From Patescibacteria group bacterium (GTDB lineage Bacteria; Patescibacteriota; Minisyncoccia; Minisyncoccales; JANBVM01): DNA of 64,000 nucleotides. Both the position numbers and the translations under genes were made by a program. Of the stretch, positions 53,999-63,717 are shown in pieces (the stretch's first letter is position 1; each line of letters starts with the position of its first letter). The notes below the pieces were generated by a model. It worked only from the letters and a program-made list of their open reading frames with translations. It was not told where the DNA came from and did no database searches. The stretch spans positions 6,098-70,097 of the forward strand of contig JANBVL010000003.1 in the NCBI GenBank assembly GCA_024238995.1, in the 5' to 3' direction.

Positions 53999-55061
53999 AA
54001 AGTATCTCCGTTGGGCAAAAGGTTATTTTGCCCAAATTCCATTTTATACTATTTTTTACATTACCTCGCGCTGTAATGCTCGCTGCGCGCACTGTTTTAA
54101 TTGGAGACTAATTGAAGATTCGCCTAATCGTAAAGAGTTAAGTTTAGAAGAAATAGAAAAAATTGCAAAGAATTGGGGTAATATGCTTATGATTAATCTA
54201 GGTGGTGGTGAGCCATATTTAAGAAATGATATTCCAGAAATTGTGGAGATTTTTAGAAAGTATACCGGAGTTGAAATTGTAGGCGTGCCGTCCAATGGTT
54301 TTTTAACAGAAAAAATCGTGGCTACAGCTGAAGAACTACTTAATCGTTTTACAGATATTCATTTCCGATTTACTTTTTCTATTGATGGTTTGAGTAAAAC
54401 TCATGATAAAATTCGCGGCGTGCCTGGTGGGTTTAAAAAAGTAATTCAAACAGCCAAAGGAGTTAAAAAACTAAAATCAAAATATAAAAATTTTACCTTA
54501 AATACTAATTCATGCTTTATGCAAAATAATCAAGATGAATTAATGGATTTGTTAAAGTACCTTAAAACAGAAATTGATCCTGATACTATGGGTGTAACTT
54601 ATATTCGCGGTGAAGCTAGATTAAGTGAGACTCAACAAAATCTTTATAATCAAAAATATAAAGAAGCGATTGACTATTTAACAGACTTGAAGTATGACAA
54701 ATTTAAAAATCACCCCCTAGCCAATTTTATCTGGGGGGCGACAACTCTTGCGCGACATAAAGTGTTTGAGAATTTAAAAACTGGTAAACGCAATTTTGAG
54801 TGTTATGTTATTAAAAAAATGATAGTTATTGATGACATGGGTGAAGTTAAAATCTGTGAGATGTTGCCAACTTCTCTAGGAAATTTACGTGAGCATGACT
54901 ATGATATTAAAAGAATTGTTACTTCAGATTTGGCTAAAAAAGAATATGAAAAAATAAAAAAACACCAATGCAACTGCACTTGGGAATGTGCCATCCGTAC
55001 AGGCGTAATGTATAATCCTAAAGAATATTTTTCAATTCTAAAATATTTCTTTAAGAAATAA
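53988..55061 (+). CDS. radical SAM protein with C-terminal Cys-rich (SPASM/twitch-like) region
   Basis: The ORF-track start at 53961 is TTG, and ATG at 53988 is preferred. Cluster motif CNARCAHC. SIDGLSKTHDKIRGVPGGF is present. The C-terminal cysteines are CEM...CNCTWECA. Confidence 0.75.
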   Translation: MNFKKYLRWAKGYFAQIPFYTIFYITSRCNARCAHCFNWRLIEDSPNRKELSLEEIEKIAKNWGNMLMINLGGGEPYLRNDIPEIVEIFRKYTGVEIVGVPSNGFLTEKIVATAEELLNRFTDIHFRFTFSIDGLSKTHDKIRGVPGGFKKVIQTAKGVKKLKSKYKNFTLNTNSCFMQNNQDELMDLLKYLKTEIDPDTMGVTYIRGEARLSETQQNLYNQKYKEAIDYLTDLKYDKFKNHPLANFIWGATTLARHKVFENLKTGKRNFECYVIKKMIVIDDMGEVKICEMLPTSLGNLREHDYDIKRIVTSDLAKKEYEKIKKHQCNCTWECAIRTGVMYNPKEYFSILKYFFKK

Positions 55062-55090
55062 TTTTTCCTTGTTAATGAGTCAATAATAAA

Positions 55091-56803
55091 ATGAAAAATA
55101 TTATAAAAATAACAATTTTGGGAGCAGTTATTTTCCTCTTAACCATTTCTGTCTGGTATTCGCTTGTTTTATTTAAAGGTTACACTCCTTATGGGGTGGA
55201 AGTAGGAACCGTTATTTTGGGTCGAAACCTGGCTCAAACCGGAGTATATGGAGCAGAAAACGATCTTAACGTCCTCCTCTCTTCTAATTTGGTTAAAAAT
55301 CAGGCTCATACTTCAGCTCAAGCCAATAAATTCGCCGCTCTGCTTTATGGAGAGTTTTTTAAAATAATGGGACCACTTAGTGAAGAGAATTTAGTTTTAT
55401 TTTCGATATCCCTTCATGCTCTCTCTTTAGTAATTTTCACCTTAATAATCTTTTATTTATTCGGCTTTAAATTATCGCTAATTTTTTCTCTAATCTATAT
55501 GTTATTGCCCTTTATTTGGCAACTTCCTTATCGTTTGGGTACTTACGAATTTGCTTTGTTATTTTTTTCTTTTTTCTTTTTATTTTATCTTTGTGGTACC
55601 AAACAAAAACGCAACTATATTTATTTGGGAATCTCGGGAATTTTCCTTGCTTTAGCTTGTTTATCCCGAGAAACTCTCTTGCTGTTTGTGCCATTTCTTT
55701 TTATCTATTTGTGGGTGGTTAAACAAAAGCGCTATTTACTTTATATTTTTATCCCTTTTATAGCTTTATTTAGTTATCTTTGGCTACCTAACGCCTTAAT
55801 GATTGGAGACGGAGGCAATGTTAATTTACTTCATTTTACTACCCAGTCACCAGACAAATTAAAATCAGCTGATTTTAGCCGTTACGGCCACCTCTTTCCT
55901 GATCCTTATACCTATCATTTCAATAAAGAGGAATTTCTAAAAGATTATCAAAATCAGTTGGACAACGAAAAAATAGATTTTTCTACTAAAGCATATTTAA
56001 TTAAATCCGCTTCCAATATTGGAATTAGATCTCCGGGTTTTTTAGAAAGAATGGGGGTGGGATTAGTTTTGTTTTCCGACCACCTTTTAAGATTCTTCTC
56101 TCTAGAAAAAATTGGAGGACCTTTTATCTTTTTGTTAATGATTTTGGGAATTTACAGCTTGAGGCAAAAAAATAAGCATCTATATGTTTTCACTTTAGGC
56201 TGGATTTTTTCTACTATTTTCCTCCTTTCTTTTTTCATCTTAGCTGCGAGATCACATCTAATGGATTTTGGCTGGGTAATCGCCCTCTTTATCTCCCTGG
56301 GACTAGTAACATTAATTAAAATACTAAATGAATATTTTGGTTTTAAACAAAAAAAATCAACAATTCTCTCCATTATAATTATTGTAATTTTGCTCCATCA
56401 TCTTCTACTGGTTAATCATGCGGCCTGGAACAGATTATTTGATCGGCATCGAATAGATTCGTTAGTCAGGGTATATAGCCAGAAAATTAAAGAATTCAAT
56501 GTTCCTGATGAAGGCGTTATTGCCTCTCCTCTTGAAGTTTCTCATCTCTATCGTCTGAATTATTTAAATAACAAATCTTTGGTCATTTTTCGAGTAGAAA
56601 CTATTGAAGATTTATTGAATAATGGAAAATTGAATTCTGTTTTTGAAAAATTTGAAGTGAAATACATTTTGGGTTATTCCGACGAATTTAGTAAAAAAAT
56701 TATTAATCAAACCCAAGTAGCTAATATTGCCACCGACTCAGCGAAGTTTTTCCAAATCAATGCATCTCTGAATAAAATTTGGTTATTAGATTTAATAAGA
56801 TAA
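55091..56803 (+). CDS. large polytopic membrane protein, possible GT-C-fold glycosyltransferase
   Basis: 570 aa with at least 10 TM and then a soluble C-terminal domain of about 130 aa. The call rests on topology and on context next to a GtrB-like GT2. No diagnostic motif was recognised. Confidence 0.4.
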   Translation: MKNIIKITILGAVIFLLTISVWYSLVLFKGYTPYGVEVGTVILGRNLAQTGVYGAENDLNVLLSSNLVKNQAHTSAQANKFAALLYGEFFKIMGPLSEENLVLFSISLHALSLVIFTLIIFYLFGFKLSLIFSLIYMLLPFIWQLPYRLGTYEFALLFFSFFFLFYLCGTKQKRNYIYLGISGIFLALACLSRETLLLFVPFLFIYLWVVKQKRYLLYIFIPFIALFSYLWLPNALMIGDGGNVNLLHFTTQSPDKLKSADFSRYGHLFPDPYTYHFNKEEFLKDYQNQLDNEKIDFSTKAYLIKSASNIGIRSPGFLERMGVGLVLFSDHLLRFFSLEKIGGPFIFLLMILGIYSLRQKNKHLYVFTLGWIFSTIFLLSFFILAARSHLMDFGWVIALFISLGLVTLIKILNEYFGFKQKKSTILSIIIIVILLHHLLLVNHAAWNRLFDRHRIDSLVRVYSQKIKEFNVPDEGVIASPLEVSHLYRLNYLNNKSLVIFRVETIEDLLNNGKLNSVFEKFEVKYILGYSDEFSKKIINQTQVANIATDSAKFFQINASLNKIWLLDLIR

Positions 56804-56877
56804 ACCTTGTTAGAGAATTGTTCTTTTTGTTTTTACTGTCATAATCTTTAACAGGGTAAAAATAAAGTTCCTAAGAT

Positions 56878-58167
56878 ATGTTTAATGCGTTAAAAATTAA
56901 AATCCGGCGTTTACTTATCTGGTCTCAAAAATATACTCAAACTGATATGATTTATCTAGCTAAAGGAGGGTCATGGCTAACTTTAGGGCAGATAATTTCA
57001 ACAGCTGCCTTTTTTTTGTTGGCAGTAGCTTTCGCTAATTTACTTGACCCTGTCACTTATGGAAATTATAGATATATCCTTTCTTTAGTTGGAGTTTTAG
57101 GTATCTTTACTCTCACTGGAATGAGAACGGCTATAATTCAAGCCGTAGCTCGAGGTTTAGAGGGTTCTTTTTATACTGGTTTTAAAACCAAATTAAAATG
57201 GGGGTTACTGGGAAGCTTAGTTGCCATAGGAGGAGCCATTTACTATTGGATCAAAGGAAATTCTCTTTTGCCTATTCCACTATTTATCTCAGCTATCTTT
57301 TTACCCTTAATGTTGGCTTCCCAAGTATACGGTGGTTTTCTAGTTGGGAAAAAATTATTTGATATTCAGGTAAAATACAATACCCTCAGTCAAATCGTTT
57401 CTGCTGGAACATTAATTGGTGCTCTATTTTTAACCAAAAACCTGTTTTGGTTAATTACAATTTATTTTGTTTCCCGCACCTTTTTAAATTACTTCTTTTA
57501 TTTCTTAACCAAATCAAAATTTAAACCAAACAAAAAAGAGGATCCTCAAACCCTCTCCTACGGAAAACATATGAGTTTGCTTGGAGTTTTAATTACCGGA
57601 GCTTTGTATCTGGACAGAATTTTAGTCTTCCATTACTTAGGAGCAGTTCCACTTGCAATTTATCATTTTGCTATCACCCCTGTTGAACAGCTTTGGTCCT
57701 TTTTAAAAAACTTTCAACCTCTAGCTTTATTCAAACTAACCATTAGAAGTAAAGAAGAAATTAACAAAAATCTATACAAAAGGACATTTCAGTTGCTATT
57801 CATCGGAGGAATAATTGTTTTAGCCTATGTTCTGATTGCTCCCTTTCTTTACAGAATATTATTTCCCAAATATTTAGAGTCAATTTTCTTTTCCCAATTA
57901 TTTTCCTTAACAATCCTATTTAAATTGGCTGGTCTTTTCGTTGGAACAATATTTCCCTCTCATAAATTAATAAAGTCCCAATATATCGGGGTAATTTCTT
58001 CTCATTTATTTCTAATTATATCTCTTTTAGTTTTGGGAGCTCTATGGGGAATTATCGGTATCATGACAGCTAAAATTTTATTTAGTTTTTTTGCTCTTAT
58101 TATTGATATTATTCTCTGGCAGAGAGAAATAAAAAAAGCACGAATCAAGAAAATCAAGCCTATTTAA
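56878..58167 (+). CDS. oligosaccharide flippase (Wzx/MOP superfamily)
   Basis: 429 aa with about 12 TM and a Wzx-like N-terminus (YLAKGGSWLTLGQIISTAAFFLLAVAFANLL). Confidence 0.65.
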   Translation: MFNALKIKIRRLLIWSQKYTQTDMIYLAKGGSWLTLGQIISTAAFFLLAVAFANLLDPVTYGNYRYILSLVGVLGIFTLTGMRTAIIQAVARGLEGSFYTGFKTKLKWGLLGSLVAIGGAIYYWIKGNSLLPIPLFISAIFLPLMLASQVYGGFLVGKKLFDIQVKYNTLSQIVSAGTLIGALFLTKNLFWLITIYFVSRTFLNYFFYFLTKSKFKPNKKEDPQTLSYGKHMSLLGVLITGALYLDRILVFHYLGAVPLAIYHFAITPVEQLWSFLKNFQPLALFKLTIRSKEEINKNLYKRTFQLLFIGGIIVLAYVLIAPFLYRILFPKYLESIFFSQLFSLTILFKLAGLFVGTIFPSHKLIKSQYIGVISSHLFLIISLLVLGALWGIIGIMTAKILFSFFALIIDIILWQREIKKARIKKIKPI

Positions 58168-59248
58168 CATAATTTTGGAAAACTTTTTCCAATTTATCAG
58201 TTGAACAATCCCAACCGAAATCCTGAATAAAATCATAGCCATTCTCTGCAATTTTCTTTCGTTCTTTTGGATTTTCTATTAATCTAATGATATTTTCTGA
58301 CATTGCTTTTACATCCTTAGGTTTAGAAACTAAAGCTGTTTTTCCCGGAATTGTATAATCAGGCACTCCCCCTACTTCGGTCGCCACCACAGCACATTTA
58401 CAAGCCATTGCTTCCATCGGAGGAAGACCAAATCCTTCGTTGTGGCTGGGAAAAACAAAAATGTCAGAGGAATTATAGATTTTTCTTAATTTCTCTCCAT
58501 AAGGCATTTTGTGGAATTCTATGTCTGAAGAGATTTTTTCTTTTGGCTCAGGTCCAAACATCACGATTTGAATGGTAGGATATCTTTGTTTTGCAATTTT
58601 GCAAGCCGCAAGCCCATCTTCTATACCTTTCCATTTTACTCTACGGTAAGGCAGTAAAATTCTGATTCTATCGCTCTTTCTCTTCATGTTCTCTGGGTAA
58701 AACTGCTCTAGATTAACACCGTTTGGTATTACCACTTCAATTTTTGCTTTTAACTTCTCTTTGAGAATCTCTTTTATCCAATTTGAAACAACAATATTGC
58801 GAAGCCCAAGTTGAGTGTAAGTAGCATTTACCTTATTTTCCGGACCGCACCAAATTTCGTAATGTTGAATGAAATAAAATTTTTCGCCTTTGTCTTGATG
58901 GTATTTACTCACTTCGTAAGCCGTTTCCCATCTAGTCGCTATCACTACATCAGCTTGAGGAATATACCTTTCATTAAAAGTCGGGACTTTAAGCAATTTT
59001 GCTTTTAAAGGAAACCATTTAACTGAATTCGGCCGAATAGAATTTAAAACTGAATTTTTGATTTTTCCGTATAATCTTTTAAAACTATAAAAATCAAAAC
59101 CCCATTTTCTTGAAGAAATAGATAAGGGCACTATAGGATATATTATGCAGACTTCGTGTCCTCGATTATGGAGACGATTAGCATGCTCAAACACAACCCT
59201 TACCCCTCCGCTTACTGCCGTGTTCTTTAAAAGAAAAATTATTCTCAT
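58160..59248 (-). CDS. family-4 (GT-B) glycosyltransferase
   Basis: 362 aa with the EX7E region FPSHNEGFGLPPMEAMACKCAVVATEVGG. Confidence 0.85.
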   Translation of the reverse strand: MRIIFLLKNTAVSGGVRVVFEHANRLHNRGHEVCIIYPIVPLSISSRKWGFDFYSFKRLYGKIKNSVLNSIRPNSVKWFPLKAKLLKVPTFNERYIPQADVVIATRWETAYEVSKYHQDKGEKFYFIQHYEIWCGPENKVNATYTQLGLRNIVVSNWIKEILKEKLKAKIEVVIPNGVNLEQFYPENMKRKSDRIRILLPYRRVKWKGIEDGLAACKIAKQRYPTIQIVMFGPEPKEKISSDIEFHKMPYGEKLRKIYNSSDIFVFPSHNEGFGLPPMEAMACKCAVVATEVGGVPDYTIPGKTALVSKPKDVKAMSENIIRLIENPKERKKIAENGYDFIQDFGWDCSTDKLEKVFQNYVK

Positions 59249-60354
59249 TATTTTTTATAAAATTTTCCTGTGAGTTTTTTTAGAAGAAGGTCTAGATGTT
59301 TAAAATTAAACATTAAATTAGGGAAAAAGCTAGAAGAAAAACTCCATCCTACGCCCCAAGAATTTAAACATCCTTTACAATTCTTTACACATTTCCTGGC
59401 ATTTTTAGCTTCTAAACTGTTCCATATTTCGGTAGGAGTTTTTTCTCTTACATTCCCAGCACTAGTCTCCCATAAACTCAAGCAAGGAACAATGTCTCCA
59501 TTGCATTTCAGAACGCAAAATGTATACATACCGAAACAATTAAATTTAATCGAACCTCCTTTTAGCCAATTAATCCACATGTCATTAAGAGGTTCGGTAG
59601 GAAGAGATTCTACAATTTTTATCATTTTCTCGCCAAGATGTTTCTTGTCAACTAAATCTCTTCCAACATTATCATAAAATGAAGATTCACTAAACCATTG
59701 AACCACCAATCCTACTTGCATTTTTTCAGCATAGTCTTTGACATCTTCAAAAGAATCAATTGTTAAATTTGAAAGAGTATATCCAATTACTGGAAAAACT
59801 TTATTTGTATTTTTCCTTAAAGCCACTAATTCTTTTAATAATCTGTCTGCATTTCTAAAGTTGCCTTTAACGCCTCTTACTGAATCATGCTTCTCTCCGA
59901 TTCCATCTATTGAAACTCCGACTTTTAAAGGAATGTCGTGAGAAATAACCTCATTAACTACTTTAATTACCCTGTCTACAGCTATACCATTGGTGCTTAA
60001 GTGCAACTGAGCATGTGGCAAGGCTTTATTTATTGCAAGATAAAATTCTACAATATCTGGACGTAGAACCACTTCTCCTCCAGAAATTATAATATATTTC
60101 AAATCAGAAAAAACAGGGTCTTTAAATGTGCGTTCTATCTCTTGTGGAGTTAATGAATTTTCTGTTGGCTTTTTTTTCCATATACTACAATGGGTACAAC
60201 GAGAATTGCACTTATCAGTAGCTTCAAACCACATCCATCTTGGCTTAAGAGAAGTTTTTTCCCCACTTCTTAAAATTAAGTGTTTAGCTCCTGAAAACGT
60301 ACCTTTAAAAAGTTTTTTAAAAAGTTTAGGGTAGATACCAAATTGTTTTTCCAT
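59248..60354 (-). CDS. radical SAM protein with C-terminal Cys-rich (SPASM/twitch-like) region, paralogue of 53988-55061
   Basis: 368 aa with cluster motif CNSRCTHC, SIDGIGEKHDSVRGVKGNF, and C-terminal cysteines CFGMYTFCVLKCNGDIVPC...CVKNCKGC. Confidence 0.75.
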   Translation of the reverse strand: MEKQFGIYPKLFKKLFKGTFSGAKHLILRSGEKTSLKPRWMWFEATDKCNSRCTHCSIWKKKPTENSLTPQEIERTFKDPVFSDLKYIIISGGEVVLRPDIVEFYLAINKALPHAQLHLSTNGIAVDRVIKVVNEVISHDIPLKVGVSIDGIGEKHDSVRGVKGNFRNADRLLKELVALRKNTNKVFPVIGYTLSNLTIDSFEDVKDYAEKMQVGLVVQWFSESSFYDNVGRDLVDKKHLGEKMIKIVESLPTEPLNDMWINWLKGGSIKFNCFGMYTFCVLKCNGDIVPCLSLWETSAGNVREKTPTEIWNSLEAKNARKCVKNCKGCLNSWGVGWSFSSSFFPNLMFNFKHLDLLLKKLTGKFYKK

Positions 60355-60377
60355 GTTATATCTTTATAAATATTATT

Positions 60378-61382
60378 TTAATAATCATTTTTTGACTTTC
60401 TGCTGGATACAAGCTCAATAACCATAACACCATTTTTAACTCTAGCAATTCTACCGAAGCCCCAGACAAGAAATGCAGGTATACCAGCAATAATAAAGTT
60501 CTTTAGTTTAGCTGCTTTTTGAACTAACCTAGTGAATAATTTAGGTCTAGACGGAAAATCCTGAGCAGGTTGAGTTTGAATACTAGAAATCTGTTTATTT
60601 TGAACAGGCTTATTATTTTTTTTAACTAAACCAAATCGAGCTTTTTCTGAAAATAACTCAAACAAATGAAAAAATTGATCAACATAATGAATGAACGATA
60701 TCTTAAAATCAATTTTTTTAAAAAGATTAGACATTGCCTCTTTGTTCCATCGACTTATATGCCATGGAGGAAAATCCCATTCATACATATCTGTCAAGAA
60801 CCTTTCCCTTGAAGGTGTACTTAAAACAATCTTGCCTTTGGGCGCCATGTGCCTTTTAATTCCTTGTATAAAACTTAAAGGATCATCTAAATGCTCAATT
60901 ACTTCAAAAGAAGTAATGATGTCAAATTTGGGCAAGTCTTTCTCTTGAAAAAATTCTTCAAGCTCCATGGCAAAAAGATTTTGGAGGTTGAATTTATCTT
61001 TTGCTGTCTTGATAGCTGATTTAGTAAGGTCAACTCCCCAGCATTCACAACCGCGCTTCTGAAGCTCATAAAGAAATTCGCCTCGTCCGCAACCTATATC
61101 TAAAACTTTTGTATTCTTAGGAAAGACAGGATATAGTGCTAAAAACTTTTTGTGATAACCTCGATAAAGACGGGGTTCTTTTGTAGTGGCAGTAGTGTAT
61201 TTTTCTTGAGCTTCATACCATTTAGCTCCTGGATTCTTGAATGGCTCCCAAAACTGAACGCTACATTTTACGCACTCATAAAGCGAAAAATCATTCTCTC
61301 TCAGTGAATAATCTCTTAAAAATTCAAAGTTGTTTCCTTCCTTACAGATTGGGCAAATTTTAGGTGATGGCTTTAAGGGCAT
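60378..61382 (-). CDS. class I SAM-dependent methyltransferase with N-terminal zinc ribbon
   Basis: 334 aa with CPICK..x..CVKC (a four-Cys ribbon), motif I VLDIGCGRGEF and ITSFEVIEHL. Confidence 0.8.
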   Translation of the reverse strand: MPLKPSPKICPICKEGNNFEFLRDYSLRENDFSLYECVKCSVQFWEPFKNPGAKWYEAQEKYTTATTKEPRLYRGYHKKFLALYPVFPKNTKVLDIGCGRGEFLYELQKRGCECWGVDLTKSAIKTAKDKFNLQNLFAMELEEFFQEKDLPKFDIITSFEVIEHLDDPLSFIQGIKRHMAPKGKIVLSTPSRERFLTDMYEWDFPPWHISRWNKEAMSNLFKKIDFKISFIHYVDQFFHLFELFSEKARFGLVKKNNKPVQNKQISSIQTQPAQDFPSRPKLFTRLVQKAAKLKNFIIAGIPAFLVWGFGRIARVKNGVMVIELVSSRKSKNDY

Positions 61383-61446
61383 AAATGCTTAATATTTTTA
61401 AAATATGATAAACATACTAACAAAAAAATAGAAGAAAGACAAACTT

Positions 61447-62478
61447 TTAAATTATCTTGATCAATTGTTTTGCAATTTGTTGAATTGAAAACTTTTTTTT
61501 AATATCGTTTTGAGCTTTTCTGCCTAATTTTTCCCGTAGTTTCTGGTCGGATAGCACTAATTTTATTTTTTCACACCATTCGTTAGTTGTATCTGCTAAA
61601 AAACCATTTTCTCTGTCTTTAATAATAAAACTATTTTCTCCGAAGTTAGATGCAATCGGAGGAACAGCACAAGCCATATATTCAATTGTTTTAGCATATT
61701 TAGCTCTATTTAAGTCATTTTCTATAAGCGGCATTATGCCGATATCAAATTTCTGAATTTCTCGAAAAACGTCTTTAGCACTAACCCAGTCGACAAATTC
61801 AACTTGTAGTCCTGTGATACTATTAAATAAATTGTAGATTCTTTTTTCACCTCTGGCTCCAATTAGTCGAAACTTAAACTTAACATTATCTTGTATTAAA
61901 TTATCAAAAACAGGCTTTAATAATTTAAGACTTTCGACATGAACAAGACCGTCGCCAACCCAACCAATTATAAGAGGAGTATTCTTTATTCCATAGTCTT
62001 TAGTGAAAGATGAATACATAGAAGAAGGGATAGCATCAGGAAGATAAAAAGATTGAGAATTATATTTCTTTACCCAATCTAAAACAAAATGACCCCCACA
62101 TGTTACTTTTTTGGCTAATTTTACGAAAATAAATGTTTTTATGGGAGAGTGGGTAAATATCGCATCGTCAAGATCAAAAATAAATTCTTTTCTGAAAAAG
62201 ATTCTTGCAAATATTACTGCCAGGAAGAAATATTTATTATAAATTGTCCGCTGTAAAAAACATGTATCGCCTTTTTTGAGAGAAATCAAGAGTTTTAAAT
62301 ATTTAAAAAAAGATTTTATGTTATCAAAGAATGAATTATTTTTTTTCCAGTCAAAATCTAACGGATAAACCTTTGCCTTATAACCCAGTCTGTTGAGCTC
62401 TTCAGCTAGAAAATAAGCTCTGTAACGAGAGCTGGCTATTTTTTTGTTGCCTTTTGAAAAAAAATATATTGTGCTCAT
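61447..62478 (-). CDS. GT-B-fold glycosyltransferase
   Basis: 343 aa. The C-terminal nucleotide-sugar-binding region KTIEYMACAVPPIASNFGENSFIIKDRENGFL resembles GT4/GT1. Confidence 0.6.
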   Translation of the reverse strand: MSTIYFFSKGNKKIASSRYRAYFLAEELNRLGYKAKVYPLDFDWKKNNSFFDNIKSFFKYLKLLISLKKGDTCFLQRTIYNKYFFLAVIFARIFFRKEFIFDLDDAIFTHSPIKTFIFVKLAKKVTCGGHFVLDWVKKYNSQSFYLPDAIPSSMYSSFTKDYGIKNTPLIIGWVGDGLVHVESLKLLKPVFDNLIQDNVKFKFRLIGARGEKRIYNLFNSITGLQVEFVDWVSAKDVFREIQKFDIGIMPLIENDLNRAKYAKTIEYMACAVPPIASNFGENSFIIKDRENGFLADTTNEWCEKIKLVLSDQKLREKLGRKAQNDIKKKFSIQQIAKQLIKII

Positions 62479-63716
62479 AAAATTTTAACTTCGGGCACTG
62501 GAATTATAAATTTGAGCCCCTGTTCCCTTAGATCTTTTTCCTTTTCCAAGATAGAGTCTTTATAATTCCAAGCTAAAAGAAGCGCATAGTCAAAAACTGT
62601 TTCTTTTATTTTTTGAGTAGAAAGCACTGGGACGTGAACACCGGGCGCATAAAGACCTTGTTTTAAGGAAGAATCATCAACAATAAACTCTAAAATGTTA
62701 TTATCTATTCCGCAATAATTTAATAAAATATTTCCTTTAGCAGGAGCCCCATAACCAATAATTTTCTTGTTTTCTTTTTTTAATTTTCTAAGTAAGGATA
62801 TTAACTCTTTTTTGTTTTTTTCTACTTTTTTAGCAAAACTGGAATAAGTTTGTACTTTATCCAGTCCTAACTCTTTTTCTTTTTTAAAAAACTCGTTAAC
62901 AGAAACTGAATCTTTTGAATTCTTCTTAATGTAAACCTGTAAAGACTGACCGTGGATAGGAATTAATTTAACATCAAAAATTTTTAAATTAAATTTATCA
63001 AACAATTTTTGGAGAGTCAATAAAGAAAAATAAGAAAGATGTTCATGATAAATTTGATCAAATCCTCCTACGCCTGCTAATCCTAACAAATTAGCAACCC
63101 AATGCACCTCAATCACGAAGACTCCTTTTTCTCCTATTAAAATTTTCACACCCTGGAGCACTTCTTCTAAATCGTCAATGTGTGCAAACACATTACTTGC
63201 AATAACAACTTTTGCCGAGCCGTATTTCTGAAAAATTTCCTTTGCTAATTCTTTGCTAAAAAAATCATTGATGGTATCTACTTCTTTTTCTTTAGAAATT
63301 TTCGCAATATTTTTTGCTGGTTCAATATTCAAAACTCGGCATTTGCTTTTAATGCTATTCAGTAGAACGGCGTCATTTCCACCAATATCTATTATTAAGT
63401 TATTTTTTGATTCAATAAATCTATCTAATAATTTCTTTCCCAACCCTATAAAATGGTTCACCAGAGGTAAACTGGTAGAAGTTTGGTAATAATACTGCCC
63501 GAAAAGCAGCTTGGGACTTACTATGTCTAAAACCTGAAGAAGACTGCAGTCTCTGCAGAAATAAACAACAAGAGGGAATTTTTTTTCCTCTTTATCTAGC
63601 TCTTGCTTTTTTAAAAAAGCGTTACTTAAAGGCATATTCCCTAAATCCAAGATTTTTACGAAATTTAATCCCCCACAAACCCTGCAACTTGTTTTGTGAA
63701 AAAAATCTTTATTCAT
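62475..63716 (-). CDS. NDP-hexose C-methyltransferase family protein (TylCIII-like)
   Basis: 413 aa with an N-terminal zinc motif CRVCGG...CRDC, a class I methyltransferase core (IIDIGGNDA) and a long C-terminal domain, as in sugar C-methyltransferases. Confidence 0.65.
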   Translation of the reverse strand: MNKDFFHKTSCRVCGGLNFVKILDLGNMPLSNAFLKKQELDKEEKKFPLVVYFCRDCSLLQVLDIVSPKLLFGQYYYQTSTSLPLVNHFIGLGKKLLDRFIESKNNLIIDIGGNDAVLLNSIKSKCRVLNIEPAKNIAKISKEKEVDTINDFFSKELAKEIFQKYGSAKVVIASNVFAHIDDLEEVLQGVKILIGEKGVFVIEVHWVANLLGLAGVGGFDQIYHEHLSYFSLLTLQKLFDKFNLKIFDVKLIPIHGQSLQVYIKKNSKDSVSVNEFFKKEKELGLDKVQTYSSFAKKVEKNKKELISLLRKLKKENKKIIGYGAPAKGNILLNYCGIDNNILEFIVDDSSLKQGLYAPGVHVPVLSTQKIKETVFDYALLLAWNYKDSILEKEKDLREQGLKFIIPVPEVKIL

Positions 63717-63717
63717 T

